From Podarcis melisellensis (lineage: Eukaryota), in assembly GCA_964234715.1 (NCBI GenBank), contig OZ174282.1: a stretch of DNA of 64,000 nucleotides. The stretch is one strand, 5' to 3'. Both the position numbers and the translations under genes were made by a program. This document shows positions 47,071 through 61,667 of the stretch, in pieces (positions within the stretch are counted from its first letter, which is position 1; every line of letters starts with the position of its first letter). Below the pieces are notes generated by a model that was not told where the DNA came from, ran no database searches, and worked only from the letters and a program-made list of their open reading frames with translations.

Positions 47071-50000
47071 TTTAAAGTTGGCTTCCATATTTTGGATTGT
47101 TGGAAGTCATTGTCCATAGTTCCTGGTTCAGATACATCAGGAAGCTATGGTTAATAGAGGCTTCCTGGTTCCTTACTTGCAGGAGCAAGGAGGAGCAAAT
47201 AGCTATGTCTGGATGCTATGTCTGGACCCAATAGTCATTACATCAGGCTGTAGCAGAGGAGGGAGGAGAAGTGAGTCAGGGCCACTACATCAGTGCAGCT
47301 GAGAGACCAGCAGCTTCTGGCACCTGTGTCTCATCTCCTTGAATTAACAAACAGCTGGTCATTAGAACAACTTGTAACTAAGAACATGAAAACAAGCAAA
47401 TTCAGGTTTCATCTTCCCAATCCATTTTCTCTTTGTGTTGATAATTTCAAGCTTGAATACATTTTAATGGTTTATAAGCTGCTCTGCTAGCCTCTGGCTG
47501 AAGAGTAGTATAAAACATTTTTGAAATAAATGAAATTTGTGCATATCTTTGTTTATTAAGCTGAGACATGATTGTTCAAATGTAGCCATTCGAGTGTTCA
47601 AAGGAAATTGTTACAAGTGTTCTAAGCCAAGTTCAAGATCAACTTAATTATACATGTATACAATGCCATGGATTGAATCTATCCTAAGCAAACAGTTTAT
47701 TTCATCGGGAATCTGTACTAATACCTATGTTTAAATGCCTGTATCAGTGTGATCGGCACACAAAGAACAGCAGCAGCCAGGCTTAAACTCGGGAATGAAC
47801 ACGTTAAGTAAACCTTGAACAGAATTTATAAAAAGCTGGTCTACAAACCAACTAGATTTTTTTAGTGGATTATATCTCTAGGGGACCAAAACAGATGGAA
47901 GTTGCTAGTTTCCAACAAAGTGGTTAAGCATAATCATTGCAATTTCAGTAGTGCCTGTGAAAGAAAAATATTTACACTGGTGCTGCTATAATTCATGGCC
48001 TCTTCCTGCTCTAGACCATGTTTGCAAAGCAAACTAGATGCATAGTTGAAATGCAGCATTGCTTATAGCACTTACATTGGTGGTCTGCGGTAATTAATAA
48101 CTTAAGTTTGTGCCTTCAGTCAGTGCCTCTGGTCTGCCTGAAGTCCATGTTAACTTGCAGTGCAAATATTTGCATCTTAGTGCTGATTAAACAGAAGCAG
48201 TTAATAGATTTCATTCCCTAAGAGCTTCCTAGCAAAAGTGCATGTATAATTGATAAAGCAGAGTTGCTTCCAATGTCTAGCAGGGATATTTAAAACACCT
48301 AAATAGAACCTTGTAGAATTAAAGGCTTGCATATAATGAATATGCGGCAAATATTTTCCTGTAGCCTGTTGCTGAAAAACTAAATTCCAGTATTGCCCTT
48401 CCAGTATTGCAGCCTGGATGGCTATTGTCCATATCACAGCCTTGTGAAGGTAGATCATTCTCTAATCCAGGAGAATACCAAAGGGTCTAATAAGTTCTTG
48501 GCTGAACAGATTTAATTGCAAGTCCAAATCACTGTCCACCACATAAAACAAGATACAAGAGAGCAATCCTGGGCTCTTCAATAGGCAGGCAGCACAAAAG
48601 TCTCTGGGTTGCCCAGGCCTGGTATAAATGCAGGAACCTCCGCCTGCTACTGTTCAGGTTCCACCTTCCACACTTGTGAGCTGTAGAGCCTACTCCTCTA
48701 GTTAAGATTCAAGTATGGCCACTCAAGGCCTGGGCTTGATGCTTGTCACTCCCAAATATGTGACAACCTGCTTGTGTTTCCTAACCATTTCTCAGTCAGG
48801 TAAAGCATTTTTTGTACAAGATTATGCTTTAGTGAGAGAGCTGCACCTGGCATGAGGACGGTGCCTAATGGGATTATTTTGATGGCAAGCCAGACCTCTT
48901 GATGAGATTATCTTCTGACAGCAATGCTAGAAATGAAAAACACACTGCTTATTTCCTCTCTTGGTGTTTCTTCCATGATTCTGGGATTTATTGTTATAAC
49001 AAATGCAATTGGTAATATATTGGAGAATTGGAGAATATATTGTTATGTTGAAGTTCAAAAGAAGATACAATTTATGAAGGATTTGGACCTCAGTGGGCAC
49101 AGCTGCAAGTAGCTGACTAGGTCAAGTGCCATTATCCAGACAAGGGGAGAAAATACAGCTCTGTTCTGTCAGTCATGCAGGTACACTTGGTTGGTGTCAT
49201 TTGGTATTTGGTATTGACATTTCAGCCACACTTCAGTATCAGCAGAAACAGTAGGAAAGAACCCAACTTCTCACATACGTCCCAGACATTCATGAAGGCA
49301 AGGTGGGCAAAGGTGCTGCTCTGTTTTGAAGGAATGTTCAGAGTGCCATATGTGATGCTTGTACAAATGTCAGTGACAGGATTTGTCTATTCGCTCCTGC
49401 ATAAATTCTTTATTTTTGGTGGGCATCCCAGATGTGGGCAACTTCTGCAAAGTCACTCATGAGTAGTTCCATTGGCTTCAGTAAGTCTTAACATACACCT
49501 GGGCTATGTAGAAAGGTCTCCTGATTGGTTTGCACACGTCTATATGCAGATAACTTACTTCTGAAGTATGCAGCCGATAGTACATTATGTTTGCACCAAG
49601 CTTCTACAACTGTGATCTTTTTCTGACTGTGTAGATCTTGGCATAAGCACTATTGGCCAAAGTTGGCTTATGTTCTTGCTTTGTCTTGCAGCTGCCAAGG
49701 AAAGGGTAAGTTTTCCCAGTGTGTATACATTAGAAGTGGCAGCAAACACCGTTTGGGCAGGCTGGAAACTTACTTGGCTGTTCATCTTATGTGAATTGAT
49801 GAAAAGTGGAGCACTTGTATAAACTGGCTGGCTCTTCTTTGAAAACTGAGCAGGAGAGCCCATGGCACCAGCTAATCTTTCAGTGGGCAGTTGAGACAGT
49901 ATTGGTATACTAAATAGCCATAGTTGAGAAGGTACTGTCACCTGAAGTGCCTCAAGTTCCAGGTCAGGACTTCTGGAGGAAGGAGCCAGGCTTTAAGGTC

Positions 50001-51521
50001 TGGCTTGGAATTTTTTCACCTTTTGACATCCATTCCTGACATTGATGGAGGAAAAGCCTATTACACTTTGCTCACCTGCAGCATCTAAATTAGTCATGAC
50101 TGAAGCTATTCGTTGTCTGAGTGTCTTCAGCGAACAAGGCTTGGATTTGTGAGGCTCTCTGGTTGCACTTGTTTGGTGTTTATAAAGCAATACATCTAGT
50201 TGCTGTAGTTGTCATAGTGAAGTTACCATACAGGAGGTGACTGGAAACAGAATAACATGGCTTGTCCTTATCTCCATAACCCAGTCCTTGCAGAAACTTC
50301 AAGTACCAGATCTTGTATAAAGCATGTAAATGTTTGAGAAGAATGCTTATTCACAATGGTTTGTATTTTGAGTGCTAAGCTGTAGTTCCTTTGTGAAGAA
50401 CCTGGTTTTAAATTATAGTACCTTATAAGTTATAAGCACGTGGTATCTTATTTCCAGGTTATCTGAAAGTTGACTTGTAGCTTACGTCATTCAGTACTCT
50501 TGTGTAAGAATTTCTATTTGCAGAGTAGTGTGTCTACTCTCTTGCAGGAAAAAAGAACGACGACTTGTGGCATGTTTAAAGACTTAAGCGTTAGAACCCA
50601 GACTGTCCAGACATCAGTGGAACAGGCTTCTTCCTACACATTAGAACTTCCCCACCCTGTCTTTCCTTGGTGGGTCACCCAAATTTTTCTTGAAGAGTTG
50701 GAGGATCCTCTAGAATAGATTTGGATTGAGGAAAGGAAGAGGAAGTTTCAGTGTATGGGGGAAAGTTCCCTCACATAGTTTTGGATACTGTCCCAAGACA
50801 TTTAATCCATAAACATTTATGCTACAATAAATTTGTTCCTCTTTGTTTTGGTGCAATAATTTCAGGTGCTTGTGAAACCTTTTAATTGCCCTAGTTGGTT
50901 CTTGCCAGCCCGAAAATGCAAAAAATGACTAAGTTTACTCAAATCAGCCATAAAACTAAGTTTCCTTTAGATAGTAGGTTTTTTGGTGTTTTTATGTGTG
51001 ATCTGTTTGATATGAGCTGACAGTAGTACTTCAGCAAATTCAGAGAGCTTGTGAAGCTGCGAGGAGTTGCTTTGCTCTTGGTATATCCTGCTTTAGTGTT
51101 CCTATTTATAGTAGCTTTGTTAATGCAACTGAGGACCCTGTCATAAGCAATTGTTTTTACAGGGCTTTGAAGATGAAGACAATGTTTTCATAGAAAGGGT
51201 TAGTTTACCTTTTGTTTGGGGTGCAAACATATTAGACTTGTGCAAATATATTAGTAAAACAATACAAATGAACAGTATTTAGGTGTATGTTATTAACATA
51301 TATAACCAGTATAGTTTTGATGAGAGCTGACCTACAGTGGTTTGTTTATATCTGGTTTCACAAAATACGTGCCCTGAAGCAGCTTAATAATAGGATACAA
51401 AATCATGCAGTATCAAATAAAGACTAGACTTCAGCATAAGACAAACTTTAGTAGCTAATGAAAACAATTGCTTACATTTCCATCAAGGAGGGAAAGCCAT
51501 CTTTAAAAGGAAACCCTGAAC

Positions 51522-51660
51522 CAGGAATGAGGAACCTGCAGCCCTCCAGATGTTGCTGCACTCTAATTCCCAACAGCCCCAGGCAGCACATCCAGTGGTC
51601 TGGAATGATGGGAGCTATGATCCAACAATATCTGGAGGGCCACAGGTTCACCACCCCTAG
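51522..51660. mobile_element. Palindromic hAT MITE
   Basis: gaacctgcagccctccagatgttg ... caatatctggagggccacaggttc arms. Confidence 0.75.
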
Positions 51661-53497
51661 TTTTAAGCCATCTCCTCAAATGCATGTAAAGAGCTAGCAA
51701 GCTTTGGTAAGGAGTCCAGGGCTGTCATGAAGAAGGCCTTAGATTGAGTAGCCTATAGTGGGGCCTCTGTCAAATCTCAGTGCACAGTAGGGTGCATATA
51801 GGAGGATATATCATTTGCTGTATTCATAGTAAGGAGGACTGCAATGGGTTTTAAAAATCAAAGACAGCACTTTGACTTGCCTGGAAACATAGTGGTGTTC
51901 TCTCCCATTGAAACCAAAGGAGCTTAAGTGATTAACTTTGGCTGGGTCATGCCCTTACATTACTATGTCAAAATTTCTTGTGAAACTAAATAAACCTTTA
52001 CACTTTCTGATATGTGCTTAACTTATGAGGTTAGAACAGATGCATTTTGATGGCATTTTATTATATTCAGTCTTCATGTTTGTATTTAAATTTTCAAGCT
52101 TCTCTTAATAATTGAGGGCTAGAGAACATGAACTTTAAGAGCCCTGTGCGCTACACAGAAATGCAGAGAGGGTGTGTTTGGATTCTGACGGTGCATTTTG
52201 ACTATTGTTGTTCCCCAGTCAAATGCCCTGCTCAACCAAAGAGTAACTAGTGAAAACAGCATTACTTCTCATGACTGCAGGCAGTTGGAACCTAGAGAAA
52301 ACAAACTTCCTAAGTCAGTGACTTAATTATAATATGTCGTCCAAGTAGACAGTTCTGTTTTTATTGTGGAGCTGCCTCTGTTCAACTGCTGACCTGGAAA
52401 TGAGTTTCTTAACCGTATGATTGCCCAGGAAAACTTTGTAGTAGTCTCATTAATTGATTGTAAGAAAACACATTGAGTTTCCAATTTCAACCCTAAGCAT
52501 AAATCAGACTCACAGTTAATTACAACTTTCTGCAGTTCTTCTCCCTAAAGTCATCATTTAATCTTTCCATTGTTGGCTAAACAAAGGGCGAGGAGGTTTC
52601 TTTACTCGGAGAAAGGAAGTAGTGGTATGTCCTGGACTTGACATCCATATTAGGCATAAACTAAATATAGGCGTAGAACTCAGGAGTGAAGTCACATCTG
52701 TGAATTTTCAAGACTGCAATGAGATCAGCCACTGCTGTTGGATGGCCTTCTGCCTCTTTCCTCTCCTACTTGAATGCTTTTCTCTTGCCATTAATGTCCA
52801 CTAGTTTGTTGCATACTTTGTGGGTTTATTTTAAATAAACAGAAGTAGTTTAAAATACTGAATTCTGCTAAAAATAAAGCTGAGCCAAACATAGCTTTAA
52901 AATGTCTAGAACACTTTTCACAGTACAAAGCTTTACAGTTGTGAAGCTAAATAGGTCAGGTTGATATACTGTCTTGCCAAAGGCCACCCAATGAACCCTG
53001 TCACTTTGTTGATTTAAGTCCTGTGCTGCTGTGTACTGTTAGCTATTTTTCTGGTGCAAGAGAAGTGTCTTTAGAGGCAGAAGTCTTTACCTTCCTTAGC
53101 AAAAATCTGACTGTATTCTTTTAGCTTCTAAGGGAAGTGGTATGCAGGTTTTTTCTATATATAAAAACATGAATACACTCTTGCTCCTTTTCAAAAGTAC
53201 TGTTGGCATTCAGATGGGTGCTACTGATAGGTGTTTGTAGCAGTTGCACCAATATATGGGCACATCTGTTGCTGCAGTGCTGATTAACACATCTGCATTT
53301 TCTTAGTTTTTCTAAAGTAGTGCTTTGACATATTGAACTGTTCTGACCAGGCACTGTATCCTAGGCGCAGAACGCTCAGTGAATATGAATACTTGAGGCT
53401 GTGATGGTTCAAGAGAACTGCCTTTGGGTATCTCAGAATATTTTTTTCTGTACAGAACTTTGCATCTAAACTAATTCATGAAAGGTATACCATACTA

Positions 53498-53739
53498 CAG
53501 TGGTACCTCAGGTTATATATGCTTCAGGTTACATATGCTTCAGGTTACAGACCCTGCTAACCAAGAAATAGTGCTTCAGGTTAAGAACTTTGCTTCAGGA
53601 TGAGAACAGAAATCATGCTCCAGCTGCGCAGCGGCAGCAGGAGGCCCCATTAGCTAAAGTGGTGCTTCAGGTTAAGAACAGTTTCAGGTTAAGAATGGAC
53701 CTCTGGAACGAATTAAGTACTTAACCCGAGGTACCACTG
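53498..53739 (+). mobile_element. Tigger/pogo-like MITE, family A, copy 4
   Basis: TA|CAGTGGTACCTC ... GAGGTACCACTG|TA. Confidence 0.9.
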
Positions 53740-56700
53740 TATTCTGTATTAGGTAAAACACATGAAATAACTAAAACTCAATGCCTTAAATGTTTTAAGA
53801 CTACATTTTACTTGTCTTTTTTCCTACCACCCATATTGATTCCAGGGATAGCATACTACTCACAAAAGAATTAAATACAATAGGCAGACATCAGTAAAAT
53901 GATAATTAAAAGTGTTACGCTGAAACTGAGTTCAGATTTTCTCTGCCAGTTTCTCCCTAGATAGCTGCTGGATGAAATCCTTTATTTTTATAGCTCATCC
54001 CTCCAAAGTCATGGGAAAGGTTTCTGTTATCTGGTGGAAGTCACTTTCTTAAGTTGCTAATTTTAATTTAGCTCTGATTTTTGCCCTGTCTTCACCAAGG
54101 GTGAACTAAGGATAACATGCTGGACCTAATAACAACCAGTTTGTCTTTAAAGGTTCAAACTAGATACTGTAATGGCATTATGTTACTGCCAGTTTTATTT
54201 TCAATTCTTTTCCTAATGATCTCTAGCATGGAATTTGCCTTTTTCACAACTGCCACACACTGGGTTGACATCTTCATCGAGATGTCTGCTTAAAACATAA
54301 AAGATTCCTGTTGAAACTAATTTTCAGTCTAAAGTTGGTTTTAGTTGAAATTCTGTATGCCCACATACTTACATTTTCATGAGTTTGCAGTAAATTAATA
54401 ATTTATTGTCATGTCTAGCTTTGGCCTAAGCAAATGACTCTCCCAAGAGCCGTAAACCAGATTGATCTGCTTATAGGTTCCGTAATAGTTTAGCATTCTA
54501 AATTATTCTTTGTTCCTATAAAAAGATTGTAGAAGACCTTCACAAAAGATGTTCTGATATTAAGAAAGCTACAAGGCTGTATGAATAATTGGCTGTATTA
54601 ATAATTCCCCCTCCCCAATGCCCAGTGGTTCAGGGTAGTAGGAGGAAATTTTCCTTCTCTTCCAATATGGAATTGTAAGCTTCTCCTGCATTTGCAGTGA
54701 GTCCTTGAAGGGGAGGGGGTTGTGCTACTGCCAAAGCACATACTGTACTGTGCTAACTAGCTCAAAGGAGCAAAGTTCTTGGACAATAGCTCTTCAGAGC
54801 CCTTGGTAATGTGTAACATTGAATCCAAAGTAGCTCTTAAATATAAAGCAAATTTGACAGCAGACAACCATTTTGGCAATTTCATAATCTTTCCACTTGG
54901 AACACTGCAGTGTTTGAACTTGAGCTTGGTAACATAAAAGGAGTCTAGACAACTGTTTCATTATACTGCAGAAATGTAGCTCTTCATGGCAGTCAAAAGC
55001 CAGATATACTCTGAGGCATTGTGGGACTTCTGCAATGGTGGTAGACTGTGCTGTTGCCATTTAGGTAGGATTATGGAGCGTTGATACTCATAACCACCTT
55101 GTGAGCTACTTTAGACGTGAAAGGTATTTGCTAAAGGCCATTCAGTAAGCTTCAAGGCTGAGCTGGAAATATGAGCTCAGGTCCCCACCAATAAACAGGA
55201 CTCTGGGTAAAAAATGGTTTCCAGAGTGCCCCACAAAGAGAAACTATAAAACATTCCCTGCTCTCAGGCTTGCAGCCATGATGCAGAAGGAAAAAGGGAT
55301 TGCGAGGGAGGAGGGAAAAAGCAAGCTCAGGCACTTGTTCTTAGTCAAAGCTCTAGTAAGGACTAGGTGGAATGTAAACAGTTCAAAGGAGAGGAAGAGC
55401 CAGAAGTTGCTGGGGTCTCAGCAGAGCTGATGGTTGTAGTAACCACCCCTGCAAATTACTGCATCATACCTATTATCTAGTGTATTTAGTAAACATTGTT
55501 AACCTGTTCTGTCAATAAAGCTTTGGGACTTCTATGAAGTGGTGTTCAGTGTTAAACTACTTATTATCTAGCCTGTGCATAGCACTTCAGATGTTGTCAA
55601 AGTGAAGTTTTAGAAGTGTTACTGTAGAATTTAGATTGTAATATTGTAGGTATACTCCCCCTAGCTCCCTTTTGATTCAGGATATCATACTGTACAAAAC
55701 TGAGCCCAAACACCAATTGAAATGCATCTAAAAAAACCAGTTTCATCTCAGAGTGTGTGGCTTGAACCCACCCACCCAATAACCTTTCCCAGGAAAGGGA
55801 CATTAGTGACTGGTATGATTGTCAGATATTCCAGATCCATGGAAGATTTCTGAAGGAGAAGCCTTCCCACTGCCTCTTTCAGTGCCCTTTCCAATGAGGC
55901 ATTAATAATCTCTCTGGCCCAACTGTTTATTCCCTTCCTGCTTAATTTTACCAGTCATGAGGGCAAAGGGCAAGAATGCAAGGGGTTTCCTGCATGTATT
56001 CAGGTACCTTGTTGATATCCTTAATATGTACTAGCTGAAACTAATTTAACAATACTGGATCAGAAAGTACTTTCTTGTTGACAGCTGTACTATTCATGGT
56101 TTTGCTTCTATAGGTTAATTTATTCTCCTAAATTGCTTTGAGACTTTTTTGGGGTAGAAAGTGATGGATTATGTAATAATATGAATATATTTTATTTTAC
56201 AAACCTGTGTTTTTAGAGAAATTCAGAACAGCAGTGGCTCATAAAGGAGGGTGCGGCAGTGCTGCATTTGAGTTGTGGTTGAAGCAAGGTGAGGTCAGAG
56301 GGCCTCAGGGTTGGCACCTGTGCTGGGAGGATGCAATAAGTCTCCTTCATGAGCCACGAACAAGCTTTTTTTTTCTTTTTTTTTTAAAAAGCTGATCCTC
56401 TCTTGAGACATAATGCCAGATGTTGAAGCATCTCTGTCCAGGAAGGCTCTTGTTGGTTTTTGAAGGGCTGTTAGTTGTGCACTGTAGGAGAGCTAGCTGT
56501 ATTTCCTAAAGAGTGTTTCCATTTCATTTAATATTTTCTCCCAGTAATTGTATTTCTGTCATGAAAGTGCACTCCATACAACAAGTCTAGGGCAGCCGCG
56601 AGTGCTCATCAGAATCTTCCACCAACCTAATGAGTTCAAATAAAGATAATATGGTGCAAAATATTTCAGCAGCTTTGTATATTTCCCTCTGCCAAGAATA

Positions 56701-59700
56701 CAAGCAGATATAGCCTCATTCCCCCCCTCCCCCGGACTGGAAATGCTAGCTTGGTATAGCGTAATAGTTTTGAGAGCAGTATCACACAGCAGGGAGTAAA
56801 TGACTATTTCCTGCAAATGTTATTTTAATAGATACCCCTTCTATCTGAAATGTGTGCCATAAACATATAGCTGATTGTGTATACACCAAATATATATTTT
56901 TTAAAGGTTAAAGGAGAAACTGGGGCTCAGTTCTTTTATGTAGATGCATGTAAGATTACCCAATAGCTCTTTTTAAAACAGGAAAAGCCACTTCCAGAGG
57001 AGTGGCAGGAGGAGGGTTCACTTTCTTTGTCCTCTTTCCTCCCATCCCCATTCCAAATGTCACTTCTCATCCCCTGTGGCTTTTTGAAAACGTGGGTCCC
57101 AATTGCCTCTGTGCAGTGTCTACTTGGGTCTTGATACACAGGTTGATTTGGCCAAGTAGTATGTTAGATGTATGATATTATTGTGTGTCTATTGCTGTAC
57201 TGGATCCTGACAATGTTGTAAGTTCTCTTTTCATAATGTGGATAAATGGTAACTCTCCAATGAGATGGATTTGCACAGAGCTGAACCTTGGCAGGCAATT
57301 TTTCTGATGTTGTAAAGTATCCATGCAGCTTGCCATCTGCTTTGCTATAAGGGCTGGACCTCTGTTCTTCTAACCTTCAGCTTCCATCTTTCACATTTCA
57401 GCAGAGTTCTTGGATGCTTTCAGGAGTATTGACCTCATCTGTCATGAACTTGCACTTTTGTCCTTTTAAAGGGTCTATTGACTCTTTGACTGTTTGGAAG
57501 AAATGAGATAGATGGAAGCAATTAGTCTCTTGAAAGCTTGGTGTGACACACTGGCTGCAGAACTGAATAGTGGAACTTGGCACCATCAATAAGTTTTGAG
57601 AATCTAAAAATCCATGGTATGAGCAAGTGGCAAGAAGTGCATACTAATGATCAGGAATAGGGGTAGGATTGAAACTTAATAGACCGAAGTTGCTGCAGTC
57701 TTATCTAGTGAATTTTACTGCTGTTTATTTGTATTTGACTATAGGGCATGACTAAGGCAACTGAGCAAATGGGCTCTCTGCTCCACTACCTCATTTGCTT
57801 TCACAGTAAGAGGAAAATCTCTTCCATTGCTCTGCGGTGATAATAATTTGTAAAAGTTAAAGAGAAGATGCACCAGTCAAAGAGTAAAAAGATTTATTGT
57901 ACTTCATGAATTATCAGGCATGTATATAAAACATGCATTACTTTATTACCTGCTTTAAAACAGGAGCAGAGGGCTGCATGAGACCAGCCCCTGGATAAGT
58001 TGCAGTGTTTCTGCCTTATATGGCTAGTGCTCTGTTTGAAACCCTTGATCCCTTTGTGGGATGTGGAGATGATCTTGGCCACAGACACAACCATGCATTG
58101 GCATCCTGTTCTACTGAATAGGGCCTAACTGGCTCCCTGTTTTTCCAGTATTGCTTGTCTCCAGTGATTGTGTGACTGGAAGACAGATTGTGCAACCCCT
58201 TTTTCTCATTCCCTGCACTCCCAAAAAGCCTCTCCAGGCCTGTGTTGCACGGGATCCTGAAACTGGGTGGAATAAACCTGTGCAAGCTTTACGCTAAGTC
58301 ACAGTGCCATGATTTGATGCCACCAGTTAGGAGACATAAAACATAAAATCTAGCACTGGCTTTGCTAACCATATGTCCTGATCGGTTGGTTGCTAAATAG
58401 AAAATATTAAAATTGCCAGATATCTTCTTCAGTGTGGGTGAGACGCAGTACTTGAGAAATACTTTCCACCCTTTTGTCAAATGCCTTGGCACGATTACCC
58501 TGCCTTATCAGAAATGCTAAACATTTTATTCTTGTTAAGGCATCATTTCATGGCATTCACATTCTTGGTGAGCTAGCATTTGGAAGTGAGGTGGGATTAG
58601 GAAATTCAGGAAATTTCTTCCTGGTTGAACAAATTTTACCTGTGATTCTATTTTGTCTCCTTGATGAAGTTGGGAATGCAGAAGAGTTTCTAGGGTAGGG
58701 TTTAACTCATCTAGTTAATTGAGCTTTACAGTTTTGTACAATGTAGAATCTTTGAGCATCATCACAACATAAAAGGCAGGACCCTGGCGCAAGGTGGAGG
58801 GACCCTCATGGCAACCTATTTTATTAAATCATCTCTTATTTACAAAAGGTTTAAAATGACTAATAAAGAAGAAAACAGCATATATGTTGATCTTTAAAAT
58901 GTAATAACCATAAGAACAGCAGGAAAAAAACAGTAAAAGTTCACTAAACTCACTAATATCAGAGACCTTCCAGTGATGGCAGTGTTAACATGCTTGCTAC
59001 ACATGATTGCTTTAAAAAGTTTCATACTTTTTAAAGTCTCACATTGCACATCTTAAAAGCGAACACCCAGTGTTAGCGAATTCCCCCACCAATACTCAAG
59101 GGGTGTAACGTAGGCTGGGAGAAAATGAGCCGTCATAGATGGTGAGGAATTTGAACTTGACAGTTGCATCTAATTCAGTGTTCGTTCTACCCATTCGAAA
59201 CCTTCAATAACTTTAAAGCCCTATACAGCTCAGGACCATAAGTACGTCAGGGACTGCCTCTCTCCATGTTGAACCTACTTGGACAGTGTGATCTTTAGTA
59301 GAGGCCTTTCTCTCACCTAGTCAATGCTTGGAGAAAAAGGGTCTATTTGCTTTATCTGTGCATGCCAATAGGAAACAGGCCCCATTGTCTGTGTGCAGTA
59401 AAGCCCTGCCCATCAGCTGGCATCAGAGGTGATGCCAGCTGATCGACAGGTTGGCGTGGTTGGGTGGAAAATAGACTCATGAGCCAAACTGGACCTCCTG
59501 GCAGGCCAAGGTTGGCCTGTGGGCCACAGGTTCTCTACTTCTGATTTAAAACATTTATATCCCATCCTTTAGCAAAAAAAAAATTAAAATATCTCGGTGA
59601 CATTCTTTTCTTGTTCCTGCTTTTAATGGGAGCATCTGGGGTGAAGATTGCCTGCTGCTTTTCATATCAGTGACTGCACAGCACATCAGTCTTTGTGCTT

Positions 59701-60141
59701 TCATAATATTGAGAAGCTTCCAGTTCCTGTGCAGGGGGTTCACCATCTAGGACAATATGAATATAAAGTGAGAGAATCAAAATGAGGGTGAGGAAGGTTT
59801 TAATGGGAAGTCAGTGCAGAAAATGTGAGGCTGTGTTGGACCCAGAATGCATTGCTGACCCCTGCTGCAAACCAATGTGCAGCAAGAACTTCTACTGCTC
59901 TAGATTACCCCCATTGATAGTTCAGTTCTAAAGGGTCACAAGGGTGTCTTTAAAAAAATCCCCAACCCATTGTGGGGAGCTATTTTTCCATATGTAGCTC
60001 CTGTGTATAACTGGTAGAAAATCTATGTGATCTAGCCATTAACATAGGTGGCATCCAGTTGCAGAGGTCTCCCCCACCTCCCGCCGAAGGCACATTTTGC
60101 TTATAGAGATATCATTTTTATTATTATTTACTTTACTATTA

Positions 60142-60295
60142 TCGGTGCTTTCTTTCGGGGGTACTCAAAGGTACGCAGTACTGGGACCTCTTTTTGTTGT
60201 TGTTGTTTTTGTTGTTGTTGTTAAAAAGTGTGGCACTGACTGTAACAACTTCACAGTGAGTACCGGCACCTCTTCTATTAAAAAAACAACAGATT
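60142..60295. mobile_element. Short degenerate DNA-transposon-like repeat
   Basis: Repeated agtac..g.acctct motifs; T-rich left end and A-rich right end. Confidence 0.4.
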
Positions 60296-61622
60296 AATTA
60301 AATTTCTATACCACCCTTCATCAAAAGATCTCAGGGCAGTTTATCCTCTTCTGCTCAATGAATTGAACTGGAGTCAAGCACATGTCACTGTGGTTGCTGC
60401 TGAAATCATTTGCTTGGCCTGTGTTGTCTTAGTAACATATGGAACCTATACCTCTGTTCTAAACCATGTGAGGAGGGGGTGGTGAACACGTGGAAGCAGC
60501 AGGACGCCCAAGTTTGAACAGAGATTTCCCAGGAAGTCTTCAGATATGCCCCATTTTCTTTTTATTGTCCACAGTAGGAAAGACTTCTGTTTTACTTCTT
60601 ACTGTTGTGTTTTAAGTGCAATATGAAATGGAGAAGGTGACTTTAATGTAAAACTACAGTTAGCTGTATAAATGTGCATAAATACAACCCACTTCATTAC
60701 TCTGCAAGCATAAAACACTCTGGAAAATGGGACTATTAACATTATTGTCTCAGATCTCTTCTAGCCGTCGCACAATTTCTTACAATTATGTAGCTCAAAT
60801 GGCTCATTGAGTCTGCCTTTTTGAACACCTTTTACTGAAATGTGCAATTGATTCTAACTACTTGAGAACCCCTGAAGACTGTCGAAATTCTCTTTTGGGT
60901 GTTCTCAGGCTTCCAAAACTCTGGTTTGTTTTAATTTTTGTTCAAACATACTTTTTAAAAACAGCTAGAATTTTTTTGTTGGCATTTTCTCCCCAGAAAC
61001 TGATGCTAACAAGCTTTATACCTGCCATGGTTGCAGGTATCCTGCAAAAATGGCTCCTGAATGTAGACAGAATCAGTTTTGAGTGCTGAAGCCAATTTTT
61101 TCTTGGCATGCCTGTAACATTCTTCTTATGGTTTGTGCTCAAAGTACACTTGGGGAATACAGATGGGGAAAAGGCTTTCTGAGTTCATAAAAATGCAGTG
61201 GCTTCCTGAAGGCTTCATATCTGGAACTAGGTCTGGGTTATATTTTGGATTCAAGCTATTGTTTTGGTGAGAGGTTTCCATATCTTCTAAGACATTAACA
61301 TTAAAGGAAAATGCTCATTTTAAAGAATTTAGTTAATGGGTAAATAGTGATCAGTCCAGGGCCAATCATAGTCTAACCCTGAACCTGCCTGCCTTTCTCT
61401 TCTTTACAAGGGGGCTCTTTGATAATGTGCGGGTTACCATGGAAGAGATGCATACTTGCAATTTCCAACCTGTGTTGCTTTTTTCATTTCTCTTCTTTCC
61501 CCTTTTGGCCCTTGGGACTTTCCTCGGGCCCTGCTTTGCATCTTCCTTGAGTGGTTTTGCCTGGCTAGGATGTGTCCTTGAACTCCGATCATGCTTCTTG
61601 CTTGTCTGGATAGAGGACAGAG

Positions 61623-61624
<2 letters not shown>

Positions 61625-61664
<40 letters not shown>
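61625..61664 (+). repeat. (GT)20 microsatellite
   Basis: Seen directly. Confidence 0.95.

Positions 61665-61667
<3 letters not shown>

Noticed and set aside
50805-50856. ttatgctacaataaatttgtt, resembling an older Penelope tail
   Set aside because: Too short and degenerate, with no CUGANGA/GAAA core left.
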